Virus record (IMG/VR): IMGVR_UViG_3300032296_003821
Coordinates: 1-64,000 of that record
DNA: 64,000 nt
Direction: 5' to 3' (one strand)
From: a virus
Positions within the stretch are counted from its first letter, which is position 1. Each line of letters opens with the position of its first letter. A program made the translations under genes and the position numbers. Shown here in pieces: positions 7,677 to 19,900 of this stretch. Below the pieces are notes generated by a model. The model saw only the letters and a program-made list of their open reading frames with translations. It ran no database searches and was not told where the DNA came from.

Positions 7677-9836
7677 ATGGCTGGATATAATTTAAAACAA
7701 ATACCAAATGGGAGTTTACCTGATTATAGTAATGTAATTAATGCTTTTCAAAGTGATTCTTCTTTATTTGATATTTCAAAACAGTTAGAATTAAGAAACT
7801 TAGTATTAGATGTTACTCCTAGATTAATTAGTTTAACTCAAAACATAGTTGAAGATTTTAGACAAGTATCTCAATCAAGAAATTTACCTTTATCTTTAGA
7901 AGAAGCTGAATTTGATCTAAATAAAGATGGAATTTTAGATGATGAAGAAAAACAAGAATATGAAAAATCTCAACTTATAAATACTTTTACTTCTTCATTA
8001 GATACTATATATTTTTCTAAGTATGGTTTTACTACGGCTGATCTAATTAAATTTAATGATTTATCTCGAAAAGATAAAAATAAAGCAATTGAAACTTATG
8101 TTAAAAGCAAAGTTACTGGAAGTTCTCAATATCAAAATATTTCTTCTTCTGTAGCCTTAATTGATCGAATAATTCAATCAAGTATATCCGCTGGAGAAGA
8201 ATTATTTAAAATATTAAAATCAAATAAATTAAAAACTGTTAGGGGTAAAATATATGATAGTGTTACTAATACCCCTATAAGAGGAGCTAAAATAAAATTT
8301 ATGTCCTCTGATGGAGAAGATTTTGATTACTATAATGATACTAGTGATAGAAAAGGGAGATTTAAAATAGAAGTTCCTAAAATTTCCGATGGTATATTAG
8401 CTGATAACCCCCCACTTCCTCAAACAGAAAATCCTCAATTAGTTACTATTAGTGGAGATATTATGATTCCTGAAGGAGAAAACCCTTTAGGATTTGTAGT
8501 TTATGTTTCTGATGAAGATGGAACCCCAACCACTCCACTTTACCAGATTTTTCCTAAAAAAAAAGAAATAACTTTAATAAACACTACTGTTGATAATCTT
8601 GGTCAAACCAATAGTCAAGTATCTAGTTCCCGTTATATCCCTGGATTTTCAAACTTTTCAGTCCCCCAAGATTTTAAATATTTAACAGCTCAAAAAATTG
8701 GAACTAATTTTAAACAAACTTTAGAAGGTAATACAATTACGTATTCATTTGATTTTGAATATTTTAGATCTGTAACAAATGCTGTTGGGGTAAATGCAAA
8801 CCAAAACCAAAATAAACCCAGCACTATCCTTATTTCTGCAAACCTTCCAGGAATACTTTACTCTCCAGTTGAAATATCTCCTTATAAAGGAGACGGTGAT
8901 ATTAAACGTAATTTAGATATTATCACCTTAGATCCTATAAAAATTGATTTTCAAGAAATATTAAATGCTTCATTAGCTATTAAAAAAGAACAAGTTGATA
9001 GATTAAATCAAAATAAAAAAGATTTACAATACTATGCTCAGGAAAAATTAAGTCAATTAGAAATCCAACTTAAAAAAACCGCTATTCCTTTTTGTTTAAC
9101 ATTAATAGCTTCTTTTGGTATAACTAAAGTAAATGAATTAATATCTGAAGGTAGAGAAAATTTAATGGATGAATTAAAAACTTGTCCTGCCCAAGAAGAA
9201 ATTGCTATAATAATCAGTAAAAAAAATAAAATAGTAAGACAATTAAATAATGCTCTTACTGCTATAGAACGAACTAATAACGCTCTTTCAATTTCTGCTA
9301 GTGTTATAGATGTTTTAAATGCATCTTTATTAATAGTAAAAAATGTACCTATTCCAACTTCAACTGGTGTTCCTGGAGTACCTGGGATTCCTATTAATGT
9401 AATTAACAAAATTCAAGAAATAATAACTAAAACAGAAAAAGTTTTAACAGTATTGAAAGGAGTAAATATAGGTTTAATAGCTATTTTAGGTATTTTAAGA
9501 CAAACTTTAGCTACTATAGTTCGTTATTTAAATTTACTAGACAATCTTATCCAAAGCTGCTACCCAGAAGCTAACCAAGAACAACTTTCAGCTGAATTGA
9601 CAGCTTTGACTATCCAACAATCCCCTACATCCCCAGTAATTACAAATGTAAATGGTTTTGAAATGGGTGTTGAAACAGAAAATTCACCCAATACTTTAAA
9701 ACGCAGAAGAGCCATTGCACGTAATAAACAAGGAGTAGTAATGTTAAAAGGAGAATGGTCATTTAGTTCAATTGATCAAATATTAATAGATGAACTAGTA
9801 TTCTATATCCAAGTAAATAATTTAAAAGCTGATTAA
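7677..9836 (+). CDS. baseplate-region protein with EF-hand-like loop, carboxypeptidase-regulatory-like domain and long helical C-terminus
   Basis: DLNKDGILDDEE; VRGKIYDSVTNTPIRGAKI...TSDRKGRFKI. Confidence 0.6.
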   Translation: MAGYNLKQIPNGSLPDYSNVINAFQSDSSLFDISKQLELRNLVLDVTPRLISLTQNIVEDFRQVSQSRNLPLSLEEAEFDLNKDGILDDEEKQEYEKSQLINTFTSSLDTIYFSKYGFTTADLIKFNDLSRKDKNKAIETYVKSKVTGSSQYQNISSSVALIDRIIQSSISAGEELFKILKSNKLKTVRGKIYDSVTNTPIRGAKIKFMSSDGEDFDYYNDTSDRKGRFKIEVPKISDGILADNPPLPQTENPQLVTISGDIMIPEGENPLGFVVYVSDEDGTPTTPLYQIFPKKKEITLINTTVDNLGQTNSQVSSSRYIPGFSNFSVPQDFKYLTAQKIGTNFKQTLEGNTITYSFDFEYFRSVTNAVGVNANQNQNKPSTILISANLPGILYSPVEISPYKGDGDIKRNLDIITLDPIKIDFQEILNASLAIKKEQVDRLNQNKKDLQYYAQEKLSQLEIQLKKTAIPFCLTLIASFGITKVNELISEGRENLMDELKTCPAQEEIAIIISKKNKIVRQLNNALTAIERTNNALSISASVIDVLNASLLIVKNVPIPTSTGVPGVPGIPINVINKIQEIITKTEKVLTVLKGVNIGLIAILGILRQTLATIVRYLNLLDNLIQSCYPEANQEQLSAELTALTIQQSPTSPVITNVNGFEMGVETENSPNTLKRRRAIARNKQGVVMLKGEWSFSSIDQILIDELVFYIQVNNLKAD

Positions 9837-9854
9837 TTTAATATTTATAAACAT

Positions 9855-10190
9855 ATGAAAACCGACGGATTAAAAAAACTAATTAAAGAAGCTGTACGAG
9901 AGGCAATCCAAGAGGAATTAAAAGACATTCTTTTGGAAGCAGTTCGTTCACCAAAAACAATCGTAAAGGAATCTATTCAAACAATAGATACACCTAAACC
10001 TACTTTTACTCCACCAATAATGGATACTAGAAAGGCGTATGCTGATATTATGAATGAAACTATGCTAAGTTTTACATCACAAGATGCTCAGACCGCTTTT
10101 AGACCACAAGTAAGTGATCCTGTAAATGGAAACTTAGGTTCTGGTGAAGTAGGAATGGATCAAATTATGAATCTGTTAAATAGTAAATAA
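9855..10190 (+). CDS. small protein with LKKLIKE-type leader
   Basis: MKTDGLKKLIKEAVREAIQEE; ATATTTAT at 9841-9848. Confidence 0.75.
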   Translation: MKTDGLKKLIKEAVREAIQEELKDILLEAVRSPKTIVKESIQTIDTPKPTFTPPIMDTRKAYADIMNETMLSFTSQDAQTAFRPQVSDPVNGNLGSGEVGMDQIMNLLNSK

Positions 10191-10594
10191 TGGCGTTTAG
10201 TCCCCAACAAATAGCTCCTGTAGATTTTGACGCAAGTGTTGCCGTTGGGGTTAATATTCCTTTTAGTGGTCCTGCTGTTTTTATTTCAAATTACCAAACA
10301 AAAGATGCTATTAAAAATAATCTTATTAATTTTTTCTTAACCAACCCCGGAGAACGTCCATTAAATCCATTATTTGGGGGTGGATTACGAGAATTTATAT
10401 TTGAACAAATTACTGAAGATAATTTAAATTTTTTAAGAGAAGATATAAATGATAAACTTATAATATATTTTCCTAATATAATAATTAATGATTTAACAGT
10501 TACAGGACAGAGTGATACTAATCAAATAACTGTAACTTTAAAATATTCTGTGTTAAACACTTCTATAAACGATACTTTAGAAATACAATTTTAA
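10190..10594 (+). CDS. baseplate wedge protein gp25/GPW-like
   Basis: IKNNL.N..LTNPGERP.NP.FG.GL..FIFE signature. Confidence 0.9.
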   Translation: MAFSPQQIAPVDFDASVAVGVNIPFSGPAVFISNYQTKDAIKNNLINFFLTNPGERPLNPLFGGGLREFIFEQITEDNLNFLREDINDKLIIYFPNIIINDLTVTGQSDTNQITVTLKYSVLNTSINDTLEIQF

Positions 10595-10597
10595 TAA

Positions 10598-12442
10598 ATG
10601 GCAACCTCTAAAAAAGATATAAAATATATTAACCGTGATTTTACTGATTTTAGAACACGATTAATAGAATTTACTCGTACATATTTTCCTAACACATATA
10701 CAGACTTTTCCCCAACATCACCAGGTATGATGTTTATGGAACAAACTGCATATGTAGGAGATGTTTTAAGTTTCTATTTAGATAACCAATTTCAAGAAGT
10801 ATTTACTCAATATGCTCAACAAACAAATAATGTTTATGAATTAGCATATATGTTTGGGTATAAACCAAACGTTTCAACAGCTGCTCAAACTGTAATTGAT
10901 TTTTACCAACAAGTTCCTTCTAAATTAGTTCTTGGAGAATATGTTCCTGATTATGATTATGCTTTAACAATTAATGAAAATGCTACTGTAACTTCTCAAA
11001 ATGGAACTTCTTTTATTATTCAAGATAAAATAGATTTTTCCATCTCAAGTTCCCAAGACCCTACATCTGTTTCAGTATATCAAGTAGCAGCTAACAATCC
11101 ACAATATTTTTTATTAAAGAAAAGTAGAAGAGCATTATCAGCTACCGTTAATACTCAAACATTTACATTTACTGATCCTGTTCCTTTTAATACTATAACA
11201 GTTTCAACTAATAATTTCCTTAAAATTTTAGATATTATTGACTCAGATGGTAATAAATGGTATGAAGTAGATCATTTAGGTCAAGAAATGGTATTAGATT
11301 CTATTAAAAATACAAATGTAAATGATCCAAATACTAATGGAGATACACCATATCTTCTTCGTTTAAAAAAAGTTCAAAGACGTTTTGCTACTAAAGTAAT
11401 TTCAACTACCCAATTCCAAATCCAATTTGGTGCTGGTTCTCCAACTACTACTGATGAAGAAATTACTCCTAATGCTGATAACGTAGGAATAGGTTTACCA
11501 TTTGAAAAAGATAAATTAACAGCTGCTTATTCTCCTGTAAACTTTTTATATACCAAAACATATGGTATAGCACCCTCTAATACTACTTTAACTATTAGAT
11601 ATTTAACAGGTGGAGGAGTTTCATCAAATGTAGAAGCTAGCACATTAACCAGTATAACTCCTGGATTTGCTCAATTTAATCAAGTTAATTTAACTCCTAG
11701 TACTGCAAATTATGTATTTAATTCTTTAGCAGCTAATAATCCTTCTGCAGCTGATGGTGGTAAAGCAGGAGATACTATAGAAGAAATTCGTCAAAATACT
11801 TTAGCGCTTATAGCCTCCCAAAAACGATCAGTTACAGCAGACGATTATTTGATTCGTGCTTTAAGTATGCCTTCTGATTATGGTGCTGTATCTAAAGCAT
11901 ATATTGAACAACCTAAATTAACAGATGCTCAAGTTTCAACTATTGAGACTCTTAATTTATATGTTTTATCATTAAATTCTCAAGGACAATTAGATTATGC
12001 TACAGATACATTAAAAAATAATTTACGAACCTATATGTCCCAATATAGAATGATTGGTGATAATATTGAAATTAGAAATGCGTTTATAATTAATATTGCT
12101 GTTGATTTTGAAATTATAGTTTTACCTGAATTTAATAACAATGAAGTATTACTAGCATGTATTACTGCTTTACAAACATATTTTAATATAAATAATTGGC
12201 AAATTAATCAACCTATTTTACTTCGTGATTTATATATTTTACTTGATAGAATAGCAGGCGTCCAAACTGTTAAAAATATTTCTATTTCAAATAAAGCAGG
12301 AGCTAATGCTGGATATTCACAATATGCTTATGACATAACCGGAGCAACACAAAATCAAGTAATTTATCCTTCATTAGATCCTAGCATTTTTGAAGTAAGA
12401 TACCCTAATACTGACATAAAAGGCAAAGTAGTTCCTTTATAA
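10598..12442 (+). CDS. baseplate wedge protein (T4 gp6/baseplate J-like)
   Basis: Y.NRDF...L......YFP..YTDFS.TSPG.M..E..AYVGDVLSFY.D; Q.R.VT.DDY. Confidence 0.9.
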   Translation: MATSKKDIKYINRDFTDFRTRLIEFTRTYFPNTYTDFSPTSPGMMFMEQTAYVGDVLSFYLDNQFQEVFTQYAQQTNNVYELAYMFGYKPNVSTAAQTVIDFYQQVPSKLVLGEYVPDYDYALTINENATVTSQNGTSFIIQDKIDFSISSSQDPTSVSVYQVAANNPQYFLLKKSRRALSATVNTQTFTFTDPVPFNTITVSTNNFLKILDIIDSDGNKWYEVDHLGQEMVLDSIKNTNVNDPNTNGDTPYLLRLKKVQRRFATKVISTTQFQIQFGAGSPTTTDEEITPNADNVGIGLPFEKDKLTAAYSPVNFLYTKTYGIAPSNTTLTIRYLTGGGVSSNVEASTLTSITPGFAQFNQVNLTPSTANYVFNSLAANNPSAADGGKAGDTIEEIRQNTLALIASQKRSVTADDYLIRALSMPSDYGAVSKAYIEQPKLTDAQVSTIETLNLYVLSLNSQGQLDYATDTLKNNLRTYMSQYRMIGDNIEIRNAFIINIAVDFEIIVLPEFNNNEVLLACITALQTYFNINNWQINQPILLRDLYILLDRIAGVQTVKNISISNKAGANAGYSQYAYDITGATQNQVIYPSLDPSIFEVRYPNTDIKGKVVPL

Positions 12443-12468
12443 CGCCATATTTATAATAAAATATATAA

Positions 12469-13593
12469 ATGGCTGTATATAAAATATTCCCAACCCAGGA
12501 TACAACTCTTTATTCTACATTACCTTCAATGAATACTGGATTGGATGCTATTTTAGAAGTATCTAACCAACAAAATATTAGTGGAGATCCTACAGTAGCA
12601 AGATATCTTATTCAATTCGATACTGAAGAAATAATTGATATTATTGATAATAAGATTGCTGGGAATAATTCTAGTATTTATTTAAAAAACTTTATTGCTG
12701 AAGCTCAAGGTATAAATGCAAATATTTCTCTTGAAATTCGTCCTATTGCTCAAGAGTGGGATAATGGAACAGGATATGTTTTAAATTCTCCAAATACAAC
12801 AGATGGTGCTTCTTGGACTTTTTCAGCTTATTCTGGTTCAACTTCTTGGAGCTTAAGTGGCTCTAATTCAGGAGGAACATACACTGGGTCATATAATTCT
12901 ACATATGCTGATCAAGGAGGAGGAAATTGGTATACATCTTCAATTTATTTAGTTACTGAGTCTTTTGGTTTACGTAGTAATAAAGATATTAATTTAAATG
13001 TTAGTACTACAGTTAATGCTTGGTATAGTGCTTCACTTCCAAATTATGGGTTTATAGTTAAACTTTCTAATTCTTCGGAATTTTCAACCAGTGAAGATAT
13101 TCAACCTATGTTAAAATATTATAGTGTTGATACAAATACAATTTATCCCCCATGTCTTGAATTCAGATGGAGAGATTATAAAACAGTTTTAACTGGGTCA
13201 GCTACTGGAAGTATAGTTACTACTTCTAATATTAAAATGTCCCTTGCCGAAAATCCCGGTATTTTCTACCCAGAAAGTATAAACAGATTCTACGTCAATG
13301 TAAGCCCTTTATACCCAGCAAGAGTATATCAAACATCTTCTTTATACACTAATTTAAATTATTTACCAACTGCTTCATATTATGCAATAAAAGACTTGGA
13401 TACTAACGAGTATGTTGTTAACTTCGATGACAATTATACTCAAATTAGTTCCGATTCAACTGGTAATTATTTTGATATTTACATGAGTGGTTTAGAACCT
13501 GAAAGATATTATAAAATTTTAATTAAATCTATCATTAATGGTTCTACAATGATTTACGATGATAGCTATTATTTTAAAGTTATTAACGGATGA
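12469..13593 (+). CDS. virion structural protein (DNRLRE-like beta domain)
   Basis: DTTLYS..P..NTG.D..LE, W..GTG, NYGFIVK, YS.DT.TIYPP.L; ATATTTAT at 12447-12454. Confidence 0.65.
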   Translation: MAVYKIFPTQDTTLYSTLPSMNTGLDAILEVSNQQNISGDPTVARYLIQFDTEEIIDIIDNKIAGNNSSIYLKNFIAEAQGINANISLEIRPIAQEWDNGTGYVLNSPNTTDGASWTFSAYSGSTSWSLSGSNSGGTYTGSYNSTYADQGGGNWYTSSIYLVTESFGLRSNKDINLNVSTTVNAWYSASLPNYGFIVKLSNSSEFSTSEDIQPMLKYYSVDTNTIYPPCLEFRWRDYKTVLTGSATGSIVTTSNIKMSLAENPGIFYPESINRFYVNVSPLYPARVYQTSSLYTNLNYLPTASYYAIKDLDTNEYVVNFDDNYTQISSDSTGNYFDIYMSGLEPERYYKILIKSIINGSTMIYDDSYYFKVING

Positions 13594-13952
13594 GTGAAAA
13601 TATAAATTTACAAAAACAAGTATTTAATAAAGGAGTTTATTCTAAAATTATAAATACTGATTTTACAGAACTTGGAGTTACCCCTATTCAACAACAAATA
13701 GAAACCCAACCTACTGTTGAAGATTTTTTTAATTTATATAATGAATTATTTTATGACATACCTGAATTAGGAGGAGTAAATTCACATGAATATTTAATTA
13801 CAAAGAGCAGTGAATATATTAATTTTTCTCCTAACCAGGATGAAATAGATGCTCTTCAAACTGAAATATCTCAATTAAGAGTTGAATTATTAGATACACA
13901 AAAACAGCTTTTAGAAGCTCAAACAGGAACAACATTAGCTAATCCACAATAA
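13590..13952 (+). CDS. baseplate-associated protein with C-terminal coiled coil
   Basis: ATGA and TAATG overlaps with its neighbours. Confidence 0.7.
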   Translation: MSENINLQKQVFNKGVYSKIINTDFTELGVTPIQQQIETQPTVEDFFNLYNELFYDIPELGGVNSHEYLITKSSEYINFSPNQDEIDALQTEISQLRVELLDTQKQLLEAQTGTTLANPQ

Positions 13953-16900
13953 TGGCCGCAGAAATTATTCCAATAAGTACTCAAGATTATTTTTTACAAA
14001 ATTATAATCCTCAAGAAACGAACTTAATCCCTTCGTTTGAACTAAATACAGTATTAACTGAAAATAGTTATATTGAATATTTTGTTTATGATATTAATAA
14101 AACTATCCTTTACTCTAGCTATAGTTATTCTCAATATACTGTTTTAGCTAATGGTCAATCTGCAGGGTCAAATAATGAAATCTCCCAAATAATAGTTGAT
14201 CCCGAACAATCACTTATCAACACTGGATTTTCAGAAGGTGAATATGTAACTTACTTTAATTTTTTAAATAAAAAAATAGGTTCTAATTTAGAACAACTTT
14301 TTATTTCTGAAATTTCTTCTGATAGAACTGAACTTCGTTTAGATAGTACAGTATTAACGGAATTTAGTATTGTAGACCAAACAACAAATTTTGTTATAGA
14401 AAGAGAAAATACCCCTTACTTTCTCGATTTCTATCTTAATTTTGGAGACAATAGATTAGTTATTGCTAATAATATTTTACTTGATAATCAGGACCCAAAC
14501 AATCCTACTATTTTAGTAAAATTATATGAAGCTTTACCTGAAAATTTTGATTTAAACTCTACACTTTGGATAGTAACTTTAGTTGAAGAACCTGTTGCTT
14601 ATCAAGTAAGTTTTCCTATAATTCCTGTTGAAGTTATAGACACTTTTCCTTTAAAAGGGCCTAATTTTAATTTAGATTTAAAAGATCAAATTAATAACTC
14701 TACAATAACTTTAGATTATACTTCTTTAACTACAACGGCTTTAACTAGTTCCCAAAACCAATTAAAAAGTTTACTTGAAGAAAAAGGTCTTGACATTAAT
14801 ATAGATTATAGTGATTTCAACAACTATATTCATTTTAGCTCAGCTCAACTTCGTCTTGAAAATTTTTATTATAAAATCCAACTTATTGAAGAGTATACTG
14901 AAAATATTAACTTACTTAATTCAACAACTAACTCTCCATTTTATACAAGTAGTAGTATAGCTGAATATGAATCTAAAATAGATAATATTATAACTTATTT
15001 TGATGATTATGAGTATTATTTATATTATGAAATAGGTCCATATGCTTGGCCTAAAACAAATTTACAAAAACCATATATACTTGCTACATCTGATAGCAAT
15101 GAAGTATTAACTTGGATAGGGAGCACTAACCCTTCAAGTCCTAATTATGGAGGACTTCTACTTTCAGCTTCCTTATTTGATAATGATAATAAAGATTACC
15201 TTCTTTATACCATCCCGGAATACTTAAGAGATGATCCTCAAAATAAACCATATGAAACTTTTATTCAAATGGTTGGTCAACTTTATGATGGTATTTGGGT
15301 TTACTATAAAGATGTTATTAGTAAATACAATAATGATAATCGTTTAGAATATGGTGTTTCAAAAGATATAGTAGCAGATGCTATTCGCGATTTTGGAATT
15401 AAATTATATCAAAATAATTTTTCAAATGATGATTTATATACTGCCTTTTTAGGTTTAACTCCTCAAGGTGGTTTATTCCCATTCCCAAATATTACGGGTT
15501 CACTTCCAACTCCTAGTGGATTTGAATATATTGATACTTTAATATCTGCCTCTAACGATTATATGCCGTTAGATGACGTAAATAAATCGTTATATAAACG
15601 TATTTATCATAATTTACCATACCTATTGAAGGCAAAAGGTACATTACCTGGTCTGCGCACTTTAATTACTTCATATGGTATTCCTGATACAGTATTGAGA
15701 ATTAATGAATTTGGGGGTAAAGATAAATCAAATATAAATGATTGGGACGATTGGCAAAATGTATTTAATTATGCCTACTATAATACTGGAAGTAATAATA
15801 TTACTACAGATTGGAATCTTAATTCAGATTGGAATTCTCCTGATAATATTCCTTCTACTTTAGAATTTAGATTTAAAGTTCCTGATTTGTCTATTGTAAG
15901 TGGTTCGGCATATGTAGATCTTTGGAGAACTGATAATGATTCTAGAATTCAACTCCGTTACACCGGATCAGGTTTAACAACTGATCCCTACTCAGGTGCA
16001 ATTGTTAATCCCTACTACCAATTTACTCATCTAGATTTCATCCCAGATTTTGCAGGTAATCCAACATTTTCAGCAAGTGTATATTTACCATTTGCAAATG
16101 AAGGGTGGTGGTCAATAATGGCAACCCGTAATGGAAATGAATTTAAATTATACGCCGGAAATAACATCTATGAAGGTGGTGAAAATGGAACTCAATTAGG
16201 ATTTTATGCTACATCTTCAATAAATGTAGCTAGTACTGCTTGGACGTCATCTGTAACTTCACAATTTATGCCTCAAGGTACAGAAATGTATCTTCAAGAA
16301 ATCCGTTACTACAATACAGTATTAAGTGAAAGTGTATTTAAGGATTACATTATGAATCCTTATTCAAGTGAAGGAAATACAATTAATAGTTCTCCTGATC
16401 AACTTACATTTAGATTAACCCTAGGAGGTGAACTTTATACTGGATCACTTTCAGTACATCCTAAAATTACAGGTTCTTGGTCTGCAACTAGTTCATTTGC
16501 TACAAATAGTAGTGCTTCATTTGCTGTAACACCAACATTTGTCTCTAATACAGAATATTTCTTTTTTGATCAACCTGTAGTTGGTATTAAAAATGCTATA
16601 TCTGATAAAATACGAGTAGAAAATTCTATTATCCCAACAGGAAGTGTTTTATCTCCATTTAGATCATTAGCACAGAATTTAGCTGCTAGCCAGAGTTATA
16701 CTGCAAATACAAATTTACTTGAGGTAGCATTTGCACCCCAAGATGAAATTAATGATGATATTATATCTCAAATTGGATATTTTAATATAGGAGAATATAT
16801 AGGTGACCCTAGACAACGCTCATCCTCAGCTACTTCATATCCTGATTTAAATCGTTTACGTAACGAATATTTTGAAAAATATACTTCAAATTATGACTTA

Positions 16901-19900
16901 AACGACTACATTCGTTTGATCAAATATTTTGATAACTCGTTATTTAAAATGATTAAAGACTTTGTACCTGCGCGTACAAGTCTTGCTTCTGGTGTTGTTA
17001 TCAAACAAACACTTTTAGAAAGAAATAAATATCCACAACCACAAGTTGATATAAATTCTACTATAGCATATGCCTCTAGTGGATCTCAAAATAATATTCC
17101 ACTTGTTTTTCAAGACATTTCAGTTTCAGGTACAGTTGCCCCACAATGGAATGATTATCAACCTGGGACTATAGAAAATTTTAGTGGTGGTACTGGAGGC
17201 GTATTTGAACCATTTAATGGAATTAATACTTCACCTTATGGACCAAATGGAACAGGACCAGAAAATATATTTGGTATTACTCAAAGTTGGTACGAAACTA
17301 CAATTACCCCATCAGGATCTGTTTTAATATTGCATGATGCCCAAGATGAATTTTATGATGGTGAATTTAGTGGTTCTGTTCTAACGGTAACTACCCAAAG
17401 TCTATTTACCCCATATCCTTCAGAATTTACAAATTTTTATTATAAACATGTTCATTATTATCCAACAACTGGTCAAGAAGTAGATAGTGGAATATGGGAT
17501 GATATATTTTTAAATCCTGTAACTTCTCCTAAAAACGGTGAATTATTTTTACTGTCAAATAAAGATAATGGAACTAGTACTCAATATTTAAAAATTGCCA
17601 AATTTGATTGTAGTGGCAGTAATGTATCTTCTACTCTAGAACAAATAGAATCAGTTTATATTTTAAACGCCAATACAAATACTAATGTATATACTAAATA
17701 TGAAGTAACACTCATTAATGAATCCCCAGATTATTACTTATATGATGTTTTAAATGATCCACCTATATCAACCCCATTATCACTTTCCATCCCTAACCAA
17801 TTATTCAATTATAGAGTTTCAGCATCTAACGTTCCAGGTTTACAACCTGTATCAACTGGTACTTCTCCAACTACTATAAACTCTTATGGTACAGCAACAG
17901 GAAATGCTCTTGGATATTTTGATGCTTTTTCTGGAATTCATACTTTAGGAGATACACCTAATACTGTATTAGCAGTTACTGGGTCTGCTGTAATCTCTGG
18001 AAGTAGTGGTAGATTTTTCATTTATCTAGATAGACAAGGAACTTCTACCACATTAAGTACCGCTAACTACACCTCAGAAACCCCAATTGCTATTTCAGCT
18101 TCATATTATGGATTACAAGGAGATCAATTATATTTAGCAGCAACTACTACAAACCCAACATTTGGAGCTACTAGAATTAGATCAGGTAGTTTACTAATTA
18201 CCCAAAGTAGAGCAGTTAATACATCTAGTTGTCTTCCGGTAATATTTGAACCATATGTAACAGTTCCAAACTATTATAGTAGTGATTATAATCCATTACT
18301 TAATAACGTATTTACTGATCGTTTAAGTACAATTTATCAAGATGTTGATTATTCAACAGGTATTTATACTCCAACTAACTTTTCTTTTTTAATTAGTGGT
18401 AGTGCTTTAAAAGCAGCAGTTCAAGATTCTAATTATACTTCAAAACGTGTAATTTTACCACGTTATGAAGGTAGTAAATCTACTTCTCAACAATTAAATA
18501 AATTTACTTTAGGAGATACGGGAACATATGGTAAACTTCCAACTGTAGAAAGTTTAAAAACTATGGTTGCTTATTGTGATGATATTGGAGGGTGGCCACC
18601 TGAAAGAGAAAATGCTTCTGCTGCATTTGTAAAATATCTAATTAAATCAGATGGTAGTGTTATTATCCCTAACACAACTCCAAATTCATTAGCTGATAAC
18701 CAAGAAACATTTGAATCAGGAGAAAACGTATTAGTTCAATTTACAGGAACAGGTAATCAAGTTACCCCAATTAGAAAAATAATTCGTGGTGGTACTCGTA
18801 TTGAACCTATTATATATACTCAATATGGTCAAAATCCTGCAAGTTGGAATACTACGATGTCTTTTTCAACAGATTTTATTACATCTACTGCTGTAGGAAA
18901 TTATGTAGCTAAATCTGCTCCATCAACAGATAACAGTGTTATTGCTGATGGTACAACATATTCTGGAATAAATATGAATAATAATATATTATTAGGAGCC
19001 CAAGCATCAGCATGGACTAATAATTATTATACTGTTAATCAAGATATAATAGATGAAAATGTTACTTTAATTGCTGGAGGTGAAATCGAAGTTGGAATTT
19101 TAGTAGGTGCTTTAGGAGCTCAATATCATTATGTTACTATTAGATTAGTAAGAGAACGAGGTGGAGTAAAAACAGAATTAACTTCATCAACTAAATTAGC
19201 CAATCAATCTTCTTATAATTCTTCAATTGATACTTGGGGTTCAAATGATATAGCTTATATTTACCCTAAATTTAACCTTTCAGCTCAACTTAATCCACAA
19301 GATATTTTAGCTGGAGATAGAATTTATTATGATGCTGCCCATGTTACTTCTACATATGGAATAGCAGGAAATCCATCAACCTCCACAGTTTATATCAATA
19401 GAAATACTTCTTATCTTTTTATAGGTCAATCTCCTGCTCAAACAAATACTATTGTATATTCTACAGGAGTTAATACTTTATGGGGTTATCCTAATAATAC
19501 TAAATTATATGCTATAACCTGTTCCAATTCTACATTAAATCAGTTATATGATAATGGATTTGTTATGAATGATATAACAGGATCAGGATTTAATTCTATT
19601 ATACTTGAATGGAATGTTAAATATGGAGATGAGTTTAAATTTGAAGGAAACGAAAATAATGTATTCGTAGTTAAACGAGCATACGACGTAAATGATTTTG
19701 ATTCTGAAAGAATTTCCCAAACAGGATCTGTTGAAATCCAATTTAATGCCCAATTACCTTCTCAATCTATTAATTTAGATCACTTTGCAATTAGAAGATA
19801 TGTTGATGACGCTTCACAAATTTTAATTGAAGGTTTTAAACCTACAGGTTCAAGTGGCCCATATATTTTAAGACCAGAATATATAACTCCTGAATTGGAT